Below, one piece after another: positions 38,001 through 50,697 of a stretch of 64,000 nucleotides of DNA (positions are counted from its first letter, which is position 1; each line of letters opens with the position of its first letter). Below the pieces are notes generated by a model that was given only the letters and a program-made list of their open reading frames with translations, did no database searches and was not told the origin of the DNA. The translations under genes and the position numbers were made by a program. Source of the DNA: Phoronis australis (lineage: Eukaryota > Animalia > Phoronida); contig NMRA01000327.1 of NCBI GenBank assembly GCA_002633005.1, positions 383,192 through 447,191 on the forward strand. Reading direction: 5' to 3'.

Positions 38001-41000
38001 GTTTATTAAGAAAATCATCAGTCTCATTTTGATAACCCCTCATGTAAAAGCGGGACATTTTACAAACAACTACCAATAACGGTTTGGAGAATAGTGCATC
38101 AGGCATCGTATCAATCGGCCATTTTTGGGACACGTTCCAAAATTAGCCAAATTTCGATTTCTTAGGGTCCTACATAACCTTAAATGACATTAATTTAATG
38201 CCAATTTCCATTGAAATATATTCCACAATTTCACAAAAGAGTGTTGCAAGTTATTTCCATTATTATACAATTGAATTTCCAAAAACTCACTTTTAAATCT
38301 ACTGAGTGTCTCCATATTTCTGAGTATACCCTTAGGGCTGTTGGCTGCATGGATGGCCGCTTCTTCATACTTCTTTTCATCAAACAGTTCGTTAAACTTG
38401 GCTATATACTCCAGCATCATATCGGCCTCCCTCTCTTTAGTAGGATCATCATCCTCAAATGTACTGCCAATTTGGACATCCTTAGACTCTGCTTCTGTAT
38501 GTCCATCTACAGCAAATATGGAAATCATGGTAAGTCTCCATTTATTTTGCACAAAAACAATTGCCAAAATTGTCATTTTTCTGTTTTTTCAAAAGCCGAT
38601 TACTTTGCTACAAATAATGGAAGTTTCCCCAAATGTTGTTTATAACACTTACACAGTACAAACCATACTTGCAGTAAAGTTAATTTTCTTATCTTAACTT
38701 TTGTGAAAAAATTTGACAAAACAGAATTTCACTTGTCGGTCACGGTCATGCTGTGTGCTACATAGCTGAGAAATGACCATACATCAAATAACTAGATTCA
38801 AATCCGTGTTTTTGATGTGTTCAACGAATCAACAAATACAAGTTTGACTACCCATGATTCCTGGCCTAGGTTTGGTGTTGCACTAAGCAGTTTATAATCA
38901 ACTGGTTTTTGGATCAAGAAAGTGAACTTCAATCTGAGAATCTTGATTGAGAACAGTTAACAGAAAATAAAATTGGTCTCAAATTCTTCCTTACTTAGAC
39001 ACAATTTCTAGCATTTAATTGTTATTTCAGAAAAATCTTGAGTGGGTTTGAATTGGCAGTCACTTTGAGCACCAGGTGTCACCGTGTGACAACCTGTACT
39101 GTGCTTTCAACATGACGATTATAACAAACTTGTGATAAGTAAAAATCTTCAACAAATTAATGTGATCATACCTCGCTACACATTATTATTGCATCGTAAA
39201 TGTGGTCACTGAATTTAACATAAATTACAATTATTTATAACTGTAGGAATTGCTCGCTAATTACATTAGCAGACTTTAACGAGTTCTATTTGCACATGTG
39301 AAATTCTGAGCATCGTCATTAACTCTTTTTGTAAAGTTGAAATATTTTGTTTGTGTTCCGGTATAAATTTGCAACATAGACTACTATGGGAAGTACGGCG
39401 ATAGTCGGATATAATGCGCCCGTATTTTGAGAACCAGTTTGATGCCCGTTATTCAAGGGAGAAAACTGGTTCTCAAAATTCGAGCACCTTATATCCGGGC
39501 ATTACCGGAAGTACAGTTGATTTTAAAATACATAATACTATGAAGTATTTTACGACACAATTACTTTTACTTGTCACAAGATAATAACCATGAAAGTGCA
39601 CCTAATGATGTATTCTACAGTTATCACAAATTTGTACAAACACATTTTTCTAAATTATTCAATCTATTCCATATCTGTTATAATCGATCATCTTAGAGAA
39701 TTTTTATACATTTTAGAACTACAGAAGTTTTAGAATTTTAGTCACTTTTTGTTTTACTCACAGCTACCTCACAATACTCGTGACAAATTCAAACATCGTG
39801 GCTTCAACCATTAACCAGCTTGTCAGTTGTTCCCAGTCTCACAAGTCACTTTGGGACAAGAGTAACCAACAAGTTGGCCACTATTATAATGGAAGTTGGT
39901 TTAAATCACAAGTTACTATTCTTTCTACAATTTAAGTATAACTGAAGAAATCTTCTAGAAAATAAGGTGGCAACATGCGATACCTGCTACTTTATGCATC
40001 CCAGTCTGCTTGAAAGAGTCGGCCACAGCATCACCAATAGTTTTGTTGAAGGGCGGAGCTTTCTTGTATTGATTGGCAACTTCTAAGGCAACCCTCAGAC
40101 GCTGGCGCCTCTCCTGGCCAAAACAGATGATATAGATAAAGAGTTAAACATGTACAAGTGAAAGAACACAATCAGCATAATGAAAAACATTTTGACTAAT
40201 CGTATCCATGACGTCGCACATAGATACTGTCAAAACACTGAAGCCTGAAAATAGTTTATCAAAGAACCACTACTGATAGTATGACCATGTTAAAAATCTT
40301 TTTAAAGAATTAATAGTTTAGAATAAATTTTCAACATGCTGGGCATTAGCTCACTTGTCTAACACTACTAGCTTAAACATGCTGGGCATTAGCTCACTTG
40401 TCTAACACTACTAGCTTAAACATTGTGCTCTTGACACAACTTACAGAACAAAAATCAAAACAAATTTGGTTAGTTAATAATTTCTAGTACCCAGTGCTTA
40501 ACATCGTTTCACCCAACTACAGTCATACCAGGAACTCGACAAAAGGTACCCAACTCAAAAGCATTCAGTTGATGAATATTGTGAATAACGACGCAAAAAG
40601 AATCTCTCTTTATGATAAGGATTTTATCTCACATTTCCTCCGATAAAACAAATTACAGGTGATAGTGAGTCATAAAAAAGAAGACTGACAATCAGTTATA
40701 CTCATACAAGAATACTTCACATGTACTCTAATGTAATGATGCATCACAAAGACCAAAATGTAAAAAACAGTTGATTAGGCAAGGTCAGGTCATACTTCTG
40801 TCACACCCAAATTTCCAAAAGGCATTTGATTTTGCAATAAAGATTCATAATTAACACTAAATATATTAGAAAGAAGAAGTTTTGTGATTAAAAACTGACT
40901 TTGTTATTAAACTTTCAAATATTAGATAAGTGAGCACTTAGTCCACACTATCACAGTGATGACATGATCTAGCTTGCAAGAGACATCTTTCGATAGAGCA

Positions 41001-44000
41001 CAAAGATGCCTCCAACATGCACAGATGGCTCTCAAGACTGGTCATTGACTGCACGCAGCAGCAACCAAACTGTGGGTAGTGAACTACTTTAAGAACAGGT
41101 TTCAATGCTCCAATATGAATGTATGAATGGGATAATACAGGCTAGTATTGGGCTTATGAAGTTAATGGCCAATGTGAACTGCATGTTCTTCACTAACAAT
41201 GGAACATTGAAGATTGCTGTTTGTAAGACTGTGCCTCATGTCAAAGAATGCAAAAATCTCCTCTACCCTACAAGTACATCCAAATGGTAGTTATTTGGGC
41301 AGATTCCAACTCAGCCGCCAAACACCATTCAATCAGAGCCAGAGCAACAAAGTTATCAGGACACAACTAAGCACAATTCTACCTTCAATGTTTCTCCTTG
41401 TTCAGCTAACTCGTCCTTCTGTTCCACCTTCTCAGACAGTAGTTCCTTTAGTTGTTCTTTCTTGGACTTGGGTCTGTACCGCACGTTCCATGTACTGTTT
41501 AACTCATTCAGTTGGGCGTCAAGGTTCTGAAACTCTGCTACAAGCACATCTGGATTGGTGGCCTGCTCCAATGTTAGGCCTGCAATAAGAGATATGAGAA
41601 AATTGTATAGAATGATTGTGGGTATGTACTGATGGCCTGATACAGGATACGGCGTCCAATAAAACAGGTGGTTACATTGCATAGAATGGCTGTGGGTGTA
41701 TATTGATGGCCTGGTGCAGAATAAGGCATCCAATAAGAGGGATGGTTACATTGCATAGAATGGCTGTGGGTGTGTATAGATGGGCTGGTGCAGGATAAGG
41801 CGTCAAATAAGAAGGACGGGAACACTGCATAGAATGTCTGTTGGTGTGTATAGATGGGCTGGTGCAGGATAAGGCATCACATAAGAGGGATGGGAACACT
41901 GCATAGAATGTCTGTTGGTGTGTATAGATGGGCTAGTGCAGAATAAGGCATAAAATTAGAGGGATGGGAACACAGTACAGAATGGCTGTTGGTGTGTATA
42001 CTCATGGAATGGTGCAGGATAAGGTATCCAGCAAGAGGGATGGTTACATTGCATAGAATGGCTGTTGGTGTGTATTGATGGCTTGGTGCATGATAAGGCA
42101 TCCAGAAATCAATGTCAGCCATCAGCAACGGATCTGACAATTTTCATAACTGTCTTTTGAGCATTTTTAGTGGATAGAGAGAATGAGATGGATGTCAAAA
42201 AGGCAAAAAAATATGAATGGCTACTAGGGAGTGCAGAATATGATGTCTCCTTAACAAAAACCTAGTAAGTGACAGATTTCAAGAAAATCCATCAAGGATG
42301 TCACGATTACCCCCATGGATGGGTACTTAAAGGTGCTAATAGCTTTCAGTGCCATAGAACAATCTACCAAATCTCACTATGCAAGGGTAAGAAGAGATAC
42401 AACCGTGGACACCAAGACTATACGCACCATCCCACAATAATTATGTAAATGTGGACACATAATAACAGGAATGGCGACATTACATAAAATGATTGAATGA
42501 ATCTGAGTGGCCTGCTCTAGGATAATTAAGGCTTCCAATAAGAGAGAAGGGAACTGGCCTGCAATACAAAGTAATGGATCAGGATGCGAATTGAATAATT
42601 AGTCTAAGCAACAACAGGAATAAAACAGAGGATATTGTAGGAACAACAACGCTGATGGAACCGGAACTCAATATATTTATCTCTAAGTCTAAAGAGCTAT
42701 AATACTACATCTCCTCCCAAGATAGTTTAAGAATATGTGTAAACGCTTTAAGCAATAAATGTCTTGAACTATGTTAATCTCTTAATCACTAAGCGCTGAA
42801 AATTAATCAAATGTTCAGAGGTTCAGGCGATCCACTGGTTTTATAACCCGTTGAGAACGTCGTAGTTGTTGGGTCTGTGGGGTGTCTACGGTAGGTGGGG
42901 TTGATGCCGGGTTTAAAAATGGTTTGGGGGTCGTCTCTTTTGGTGTAAAATTCTCTGGTGAGGCATTTTTCATATTTCCAGTATGAATCAACGCTGACCG
43001 GTTACGGCGAATTGTAGCACCGGACTCTGTGACGACAAGGTAGGATCTCGGGTTTGTCGAACTCTCTTTCACTTCACCGTGTTTGTCTTGATCGCGCACC
43101 CAGACTTGGTCTCCAACACCTAATACTGGTAGGGACATAGTTCGGTGTCTGTGGTCGAAGTTTGCTTTGTTCTTTGAGTTAAGCAGAGTTTCTTTCGCCC
43201 TTACGGACTGATCATCGATAGAATTGTGAAGAAGTGCTTTAGGCATGATCGGCAAAGTTGTTCGGAGCCGTCTGGACATGAGTAGTTGACTCGGAGACTT
43301 TCCATTGTGAATAGGCGTCGATCTGTATGCCAGGAAACCTAGGTGAGGATCAGTATTCTTTTTCAATATGTTCTTTGCAGTTTGGACTGCGCGCTCGGCT
43401 TCTCCGTTGCACTGAGGGTAGAGAGGTGAGGATGTAACATGAACGAAGCCGTAGTCTTTGGCAAACATGTCAAAGCTTTCACAAGCATACTGGGGGCCAT
43501 TGTCGGATATAACAATGTCTGGTATTCCATGTGTACTGAATATTGACTTGAGTGCTTCAATCGTGTGTTGCGCAGTTGTCTGGCTAAGTCTTCGAACTTC
43601 GATCCATCTGGAGAAGTAGTCTACCACAAGGACGTAGTGTTGTTTGTTCAGTTCGAACAAGTCGGTTCCAATTCGTTCCCAGGGTCGGGAAGGAAAAGAT
43701 GAAGGCAACAAGGGCTCCTTCGTCTCTGGTCTGTGAAAAGCACAGGTTAGGCACTGTTTACACATTGCCTCAATCTGTGTACTGATGCGTGGCCACCAAA
43801 CAGATTCCATGGCTCTTGCTCGGCACTTCGTTATCCCTAGATGACCTTGGTGGATTTGGTTTAGCACCTCCAACTGCATCGACTGGGGAATAACAATACG
43901 GTCGTTGTACATCAGTAGTCCATCTATGATGGTGAGATGTTGCTTTTTCTCGTAGTAAGGTTTCAGTAGCGTATCTGCAGAGAAAGCAGGCCAACCATTT

Positions 44001-47000
44001 TGGCAGTACTTGATGACTTCACCACATGTTGCATCGCTACGTTGTGCTTCTTTGATCTGATTCAGACGACCTTGTGTTGCAGGTAAGTATTTGACTGTAT
44101 ACTCAGCTTGATCTTCAACTTCGTCTAGGAATATCTCATCAGGAACTGAAGGTTTGTCAACCGGAGCTCGGGACAAGGCATCTGCAATCAGGTGGTTCTT
44201 TCCTGGAACGTGGTTTATCGTGGGGCTGAATTTCATCAAACGGAGACGGAAACGTAGCACTCGAGGTGGCATCTTAGACAAGTCTGTTGATGACAGTAAA
44301 GGCACTAGTGGTTTATGGTCGGTCTCCAGGGTAAACTTGAGTCCAAGAATGAAGGTTGAGAACTTCTCGCAAGCCCAGGTAGCTGCTAGTGCTTCCTTTT
44401 CTATCACTGCATAACGTTTCTCCGTGTCGTTAAGTGATCTGGACGCAAAGCATACTGGTCTTCTGTTACCACCAGAATCAATTTGGAGCAATACAGCACC
44501 AATGCCGTACTGGCTTGCATCAGCTGCTACTATGGTCTCACGACTAGGGTCGTAGTGGGCCAGTGTGACTGTTGAGACGAGTGCTTCTTTTACTTGTTGA
44601 AAGGATCTTTGTTGAGGTTCATCCCATTGGAAGGCTTGGTCTTTCCTCAAGAGTTGTCTCAGGGGTTCATTCAGCTTCACCAGATTAGGTAGGAATTTCG
44701 CCAGCTGGTTCACCATGCCATTAAATCTTTGAAGCTCAGTCACATTTGTGGGCACAGGGAAATCTCTAACTGCTTGCGTCTTTTCTGGGTCAGCCATTAT
44801 CCCATCTGAGCTGATAAGGTGTCCCAGGAACTTGATCTTTGATGTGGAAAACTCACATTTGTTGTTCAGGGTCAGGCCTGCAGCCTGTAGACGCTGAAGT
44901 ACTGAACGGACTCTTTCGTCGTGTTCTTTTTGAGTGCTTCCATAGATGAGTATGTCATCCATATGACACAAGGTACCATCTAGACCTTCAAGGATCGATG
45001 ACATCGTACGTTGGAAAATCTCTGGGGCAGAGCTTATTCCAAAGGGAAGTCTGTTAAACCTGAAACGTCCAAGGGGACTGATGAAGGTTGTTAGGTCTTT
45101 GGATGCTTCATGTAGAGGAATCTGCCAGAAACCTGAGTTGGCATCTAATTTCGAGAAGATAACTGGCTTACCGCAACTAAGACTGCTCAGACTGTCCTCA
45201 ACAGATGACATCGGGTGAACTTCACGCCTCACGGCAAATGCGCACTCCGCCATTGGACTTTGGGATGCACACCATGCCGGAACACCATTCAGTAGGATGG
45301 GTAACCTTGGAAATAATGCCCTGTCTTTCCATAGACTCTAACTCTTTTCCACCTGCGGAAGCAAAGGGTGGGGCACACGTCTGGCAGTGTATAAACACAC
45401 AGGGTTGGCGTCAGGTTGAAGACTTATCTCGTAGGGTGTGGTCAAACAGCCTAGACCTTGAAACAGCTTCGGGAACTCCCCACGAAAATCTGGTTTTGCA
45501 TCTACCTCATAGACAGATGCTGAAGGTATCAAAAGCTTGAAGTGTTCACAGGCACGTTTGCTTAACAGGTTTAAGCGTTGTCCTTTCATGATGTAAACAT
45601 CTTCTTCTAGCTGACGATCACCGCAACAAAGTTTGGCTTTTGGGATCACACCAAGAATACGGTCGTTCAGTGTCACATTGCCGGCACCTCGGCAGTTGGT
45701 CAAATTGGTGTTTGGTTCCAGCTTAGTTTTAGCCAGCCACGGATTTTTGTCTCCCATCGCTGTGATGTCTGCCCCACTATCTAGCTTGAACTGCGTAGTA
45801 TGACCGTTCACAGAGATATCTGCTGACCAGTGCTTTTTTGAAGCTTCAATTTGACCCAGAAATTGCACAGGAACGTCTTCTTCTTCCTGAGTATCTATTT
45901 CTGCTGTGCTTTTGGACCTACAAGCTTTGGACCAATGGCCTATCTTGCCACAGTTGTTGCACTTGCTGTCTCTAGCTCTGCACTCTTTGCGTGCGTGTGG
46001 TTTAGTGCTACCACACCACTTACAACTTTCTGACTGGTTCTTCGGTGGACCCTGCTGCTTTTTATGAGCCTGCTTCTTCTGAGGATTGTTGTGCTTCTTG
46101 AACCCATGCCGTTTCACGAACTCGACTGTACTCTCACTTTTGCCTGACATCACCTGTTTCTGAGTGCGTGATGCCTCTGCTGCTCGCAGATTCTCAATGG
46201 CTTTTGCGAGGCTTGGTACAGGGCGTTCTCTTAAGAGTCTCTCTCGTCCTGCGTCATCATTCGTCCCAACGACTATGCGGTCTCTGATCAGTGAGTCTTT
46301 CAGTTCCCCGAATTCGCAAGAGTCAGCTAACTTGCGTAATCTTAGGACAAACACGTCTATCGTCTCTCCCGTCTTTTGGACTGCTTGGTTGAACACAAAT
46401 CTCTCGTAGAGAACATTCTTCTGAGGAACAAAGTACGCCTTTAAGGCATCAATGATCTTCTGAGGATTGCGTCTGTCTTCTTCACTGACGTTAGGCAAGT
46501 TACACAGTACTCGTTTACACTCCTGCCCCATGACGGAGCAGAGTGTCGCAGCAACTATTGATACACCCTTTAGGTCTGGTGTACCATCCGCCTTAACCAT
46601 TTTTGTGTCTAGTTCTGTGGCGGTCATGTAGTCTATCCAGGCGGTTTCAAATTCACGCCAGTTCTCTGCCACATTCCCTTGTACTGACATTGGGGTTGGG
46701 GCCGGTATCTGATATGTTGCCATTTTTGTAATGTTCTGAATGTTGTCAGCTTATGTGTCACTTCGTTAACGTGTTCACCAATGTTGCGTGTCACTCGTGC
46801 AGGTATGTGGTAAATTTATTCGGTCAATAAATTCACTAACTTTTATGTATCGCTACTTATAATGTAAAGTCGCGCGTAAAAGTTATCTTATAGAGCCTCA
46901 CACTTTCCTCGCGAACTTCGATCACATGAACTGTCAGCTCAAAACACACAATGCACATGTGGCTATGACGTCATGGAAAATTTCGAAGTACTGTACAACA

Positions 47001-49108
47001 ACTATCAACAGTTCCAGGCTATTTTCTGATCTTTCACAAACAAAATCCTTCGAAAACAGCACGAAAGATCCTTGACACAAACCGTTGGAAGGTATCAGTT
47101 TATAATGCCCAGTTGTTTCGCCAGAATCACAAAAATGACACAAACCGCTGCTGCCACCATGTAGGAACAACAACGCTGATGGAACCGGAACTCAATATAT
47201 TTATCTCTAAGTCTAAAGAGCTATAATACTACAGATATCAATGGATCTGTTGCAATTACAGGGTTGAAAAGGGTGCGTGACAACGGGAGGTGCTTTTAAA
47301 GAAATATCAAGTTCACGTGATTCATGCAATCAGCATTGTTTGTAATGTTTGGGTGTACAGACATAAAACTAACCTGGAATCCTTCTGGGGTCCTTCTTGG
47401 GTTCTTGCTTGACAACGATGGTCTCTTCTGACTTCAAAGCCGACTCTTTCTTTATGCGCTGATCTCGCAAATCTTGAAGCTGCTTCATTAACCTGCTATT
47501 GTCTTGTTGAATAATGTCTATTCTAAAAAGCAAGCAAGATTGAAATACAAGACTGCAGCTATCAAACCCAAAAAAGATGGTGGGCCTGTTGGTTTTGATG
47601 TATATGGATTCTGTGATCAGAGGAAAACTGGTTTTCTATAAAGATCAAAGAATTCATATACATCAAAACCAACAGGCCCACCATGAACCTTGATCAAGGT
47701 TTGTAACTTCCGCCCATCTATAAGGCTATACTACTTCCGGAGAACAGAAGGACTGAAAATCAGGACGCCCCCCTACCATTCGTTAACAAAGAACTGTAGA
47801 GTACAGTTCGAAATGTTCGAACTTCTAAATACCCGGTCTCTGAGTAAGATGATTTGACTTATAAATAAACACTTTTGGTTTTGTACATTTTTGCGCATCA
47901 AATGTGTATGGAAAAGTTGTCTAAGAGCTTGTATAAATTTTATTTACACTTCGTTAGTACTCTTGAGGTCATTAATTCCACAATTTCTAGAAAACAATTT
48001 GAAATCATGTCCTGACATTTCAAAACTGAAGTCCTTCTGTTTCCATCTCAGTTGAATTGTAACCAATGGTGACAGCTGTGGCTAACAGAAGTAGTCACTT
48101 TAAAATAATCATCTCAGTGGAAACCAATAACCCATTCCAGATAAGCTGACTACAACACAGTGGCACTGAGCGAATAATGAACCATGAATACTGAAGGTAA
48201 ATCTAGCATTGAAAATCACCAGGCCTGCGCATGGAATGTGATGGGAATATATCTGCCCAATTTCATAAAGACCCGTCTAGGAAACACTGTAATAATAAAC
48301 TAAGGTTAGCAAAAACTTAAAGTAGCCACTACTAGGTGGCATGGTGGTAGTCAGGTCCATTCAAAAGATGGCAAGGTAGATGCTCTCTTTGATCAAAATA
48401 TGTCAACAAAATTTCATGAGTATCCTTCAAGCAGTTTGTAAATAGGGACATCTAGACAGCAACAGAATGTAAAAACCACATAGCTGTCGCATAATAAATG
48501 TGTCAGAAAAAATCTGTTAAATGATCTTCCTACTTCTTTTGTAGATCCTCTCGCCTTTTCTTGTAGTTTCTAAGTGTAGATGGCTCAGCTGCCATTGTTT
48601 GCAGTTTATCAGACAAGAAGTCAGCTTCTCGGCGCCCTCTTTTGATGGTCTCAATAAAATCCTCATACTCAGCCTTTATTGCATTGAGAAGAGGCTTGTA
48701 AGACTGCACATAATCAATTATCTGAAACAAAAACACCAGAATCATCTAACACAAGAGTAAGTTAATTCAATACAAGTGAATACAACACATTAGAATGCTT
48801 TTATTAAAAAAAATCTAAAGCAGACAACTTAATGTGGTACTTTTAAAACTGAAGCATAGTCCGCATTTTATTTATTTGTTGTGTTTCTTGGTGGCCTACT
48901 CTATTTTGTTGGCATCACTGCCCATTACCCTGTCAAAGGCTGCGCGGTGGACTACGTATCTTTGGTGACAATCCATGCTGTTAATAGTTGCCATCTCCTG
49001 CTTGATGAAGCTGTTCAGTTCCTGCAGAAACCTGCGATCCTTCTCATTTTTGATAATAGGTGGCAGCACAGGGTGTGGTGATGGTGTGTGATTGGGAGAC
49101 GCTGACAT
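35060..49108 (-). CDS. CLHC1: Clathrin heavy chain linker domain-containing protein 1 (~672 aa, 10 coding exons)
   Basis: Exons 49108-48929, 48721-48534, 47522-47374, 41579-41383, 40113-39984, 38506-38291, 37330-37159, 36719-36494, 36150-35985, 35454-35060 join in frame (2019 nt). N-terminal PVLPPII..DRRFL..L, TSNAXIP1_N-like [24 protein letters not shown], and clathrin-linker-like [35 protein letters not shown] and [14 protein letters not shown]. Probable non-coding first exon ending at 50467. Confidence 0.88.
36151..36493 (-). other. GC-AG intron of CLHC1
   Basis: Donor GAG|GCAAAT; no GT occurs before the in-frame stop, and the next exon needs phase 0 (LLKE|FPSPQL). Confidence 0.7.
37016..37194. 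repeat. Three perfect 58-bp tandem copies spanning a CLHC1 exon end and its splice donor
   Basis: Unit CCAGCTGGGTCTGTGAGCCTAACCTACCTCTGCTGTGAGATCCAGTGAGAGAGTAGAT at 37016, 37074 and 37132. Confidence 0.95.
39393..39513. mobile_element. Short palindromic MITE
   Basis: CGGATATAA...ATTTTGAGAACCAGTTT / AAACTGGTTCTCAAAAT...TTATATCCG inverted arms; homolog at 18079-18167. Confidence 0.6.
40333..40423. repeat. Perfect 43-bp tandem duplication
   Basis: AACATGCTGGGCATTAGCTCACTTGTCTAACACTACTAGCTTA occurs twice. Confidence 0.9.
41605..42105. repeat. Minisatellite, ~70-bp unit, about 7 copies
   Basis: Repeated GCATAGAATGGCTGTTGGTGTGTATAGATGGGCTGGTGCAGGATAAGGCATC...GGGATGGTTACATT; lies next to the acceptor of the CLHC1 exon starting at 41579. 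Confidence 0.9.
42815..45253 (-). pseudogene. RT-RNaseH-integrase part of the polyprotein
   Basis: [75 protein letters not shown]. The RT N-terminus is disrupted by a deletion. Confidence 0.9.
45338..46723 (-). pseudogene. Gag-protease part of the polyprotein, truncated by a frameshift
   Basis: Two zinc knuckles ([29 protein letters not shown]) and aspartic protease FKLDSGAD; ends prematurely at ..PQVEKS*. Confidence 0.85.
47577..47684. repeat. Near-perfect palindrome (MITE-like hairpin)
   Basis: ATGGTGGGCCTGTTGGTTTTGATGTATATGGATTCTGTGATC pairs with GATCAAAGAATTCATATACATCAAAACCAACAGGCCCACCAT. Confidence 0.85.
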
Positions 49109-49481
49109 GTTTCCTAAAAACATACAAATTAAATTAAACGTGATGATAGCAATTTCGTCTTACGAAACAATTACAAAAACAATACCAAATAATTGATTTA
49201 CAGAACTGCCACCACAGAGAAGACTAATATCAAAACTGTCAGGGTAGTTCAAAACCAAAATTTGTGTGACAAAGATGCTTCCTACATGTTATCAAGACGC
49301 ACTCAGGTTCGGGGTTTTGCAGTTTCTGCCCAGCATGGGTTAAATTCAAGAAATGAGCACATATCAGAGAACTGGTGAGTCAATCAGGGGAAAAACAGTA
49401 GCCATGTGTATACAAGTCCTGTTTGTAAAACCTCGAAACTGTACAGCTAGTATGTCTACCCTTACGTATTTTGGTTAAGGC

Positions 49482-49765
49482 CTGGGATATTCCTGACTAA
49501 GTTTGAACCTGTGCCCTTTGGGTGCACCTGATGACATAAAGTGTACTTTTTACAAAAGTTATGCCCAGCAGACTTAACTTGTACTTAAAGTGGTAACATA
49601 TGAAAGAGAAACCCCAAGGCGGCAATCGAAATAAGAACCGTGCATTTTTGGAAAAGTGTTGTGTTTTAAAAGATGTGCCTTGGGGTGCCCTGCTACAATG
49701 TACTTGTGGCTTTTTATTTTTTTATGTGGTTAATGGCACAAAGGGGAACTCCTGGAATATCTCTG
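49482..49765. mobile_element. hAT-like MITE, copy 2 (inverted relative to 12483-12805)
   Basis: Termini CTGGGATATTCC...GGAATATCTCTG; near-perfect 8-bp TSD GTTAAGGC/TTTAAGGC; internal TTTGAACCTG.GCCCTTTGGGTGCACCTGATGA and AAAGTGGTAACATATGAAA shared with copy 1. Confidence 0.7.
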
Positions 49766-50466
49766 TTTAAGGCTGATTAACATCCACAGGTCATCACATG
49801 CGTGAGCACTCGGATTTCTAAATTTGGATGTTTTTTGATACATTAAGAATTTTGGTGAAATTGGCATAAATAAAAAACCTCCTCTTTGATTTCAACTTCA
49901 TGTGACAAAAGTTTTTAAGCCGAGACAGCTCTTAGGCTAATACTTGGAGTGTTGTTACCCCAACGCTTCTAAGAGAGCCTAAGCCAGACTGTGACTAATC
50001 GACCATCCTAATTGATTCACAAACTATATGCTTGTGGCATAGCCGCGTTGCTGAAGAAACCTATTCCCTATTTTCACATAAAATGTATACACTTTAATAA
50101 TTCAAAAATGGCTACTACTTTTCAATTTTGAAAATTGCCATATTGGTCATTTGCCTTGCTTATTGTTTGACACGTTAATTGGTTAATCCAACATATGCAC
50201 TTAGCCACTTGAATGAATCCCAGCGACTAGCTCACTTCAATCCGTGACAACACCATCAAGCCTAATTTGACTTGCTCAGAAAATTTCTGGATAATCAGTG
50301 GTAAAAAGTGCAAGCCTTTCCAATGTTGGCCAACATCTACGGTTGCCTACAATTCTAAAGCCAATACACATCAGCTCTGACTCCAAACCGTTTGAGATTC
50401 AAGTTTGGTGGTCTGAAAAAAAGTATCAATAACTTCTCTACTTACTCTATTTCATCAGTTGATTAC

Positions 50467-50697
50467 CTGAATTTATGAAACAGGGTACACAACTTCCCGA
50501 ACAGCTTCCACTCAGTCTCCGTTCGCTCACGGTCTGTCGGGGTCGCCGTTGCTCAGGTATGACGTCACTTCCGTATACAAATGGCGGATTGACAACACTG
50601 AGCTGGCTGTTACATGTCTTGCCAAGATTATGAGTATTTTACACAGAGATTGACGGGAAGTTCTACAATAGCGTGTTTTTAGGATGTAGTACCTGAG
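50467..50697. promoter_or_regulatory. Bidirectional promoter and non-coding first exons of CLHC1 (-) and C6orf118-like (+)
   Basis: CpG-rich patch with a degenerate RFX X-box (GTTGCTCAGGTATG, 50548-50561), CRE TGACGTCA overlapping ETS CACTTCCG (50560-50573), and YY1-like CAAATGGCGG (50578-50587). Divergent donors at 50466 (-, CAG|GTAATC) and 50698 (+, GAG|GTAATG). Confidence 0.65.

Larger units (their letters stand above)
42636..47233 (-). mobile_element. Full-length Ty3/gypsy LTR retrotransposon (Mag-like), 4598 bp, in a CLHC1 intron
   Basis: Identical 74-bp LTRs (42636-42709 and 47160-47233; TGTAG...CTACA). 5-bp TSD GATAT (42631-35, 47234-38). PBS TGGTGGCAGCAGCGG abuts the 5' LTR; PPT GGGAGGAGA precedes the 3' LTR. 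Domain order gag-PR-RT-RH-IN. Confidence 0.97.

Noticed and set aside
41214-42140. Overlapping ORFs with repeated peptides ([26 protein letters not shown])
   Set aside because: They are translations of the ~70-bp minisatellite; only 41579-41383 is a real CLHC1 exon.
45338-45350. Programmed -1 ribosomal frameshift between gag-PR and pol
   Set aside because: It falls after the protease at the start of RT, lacks an X XXY YYZ heptamer, and a second lesion follows about 110 bp later.
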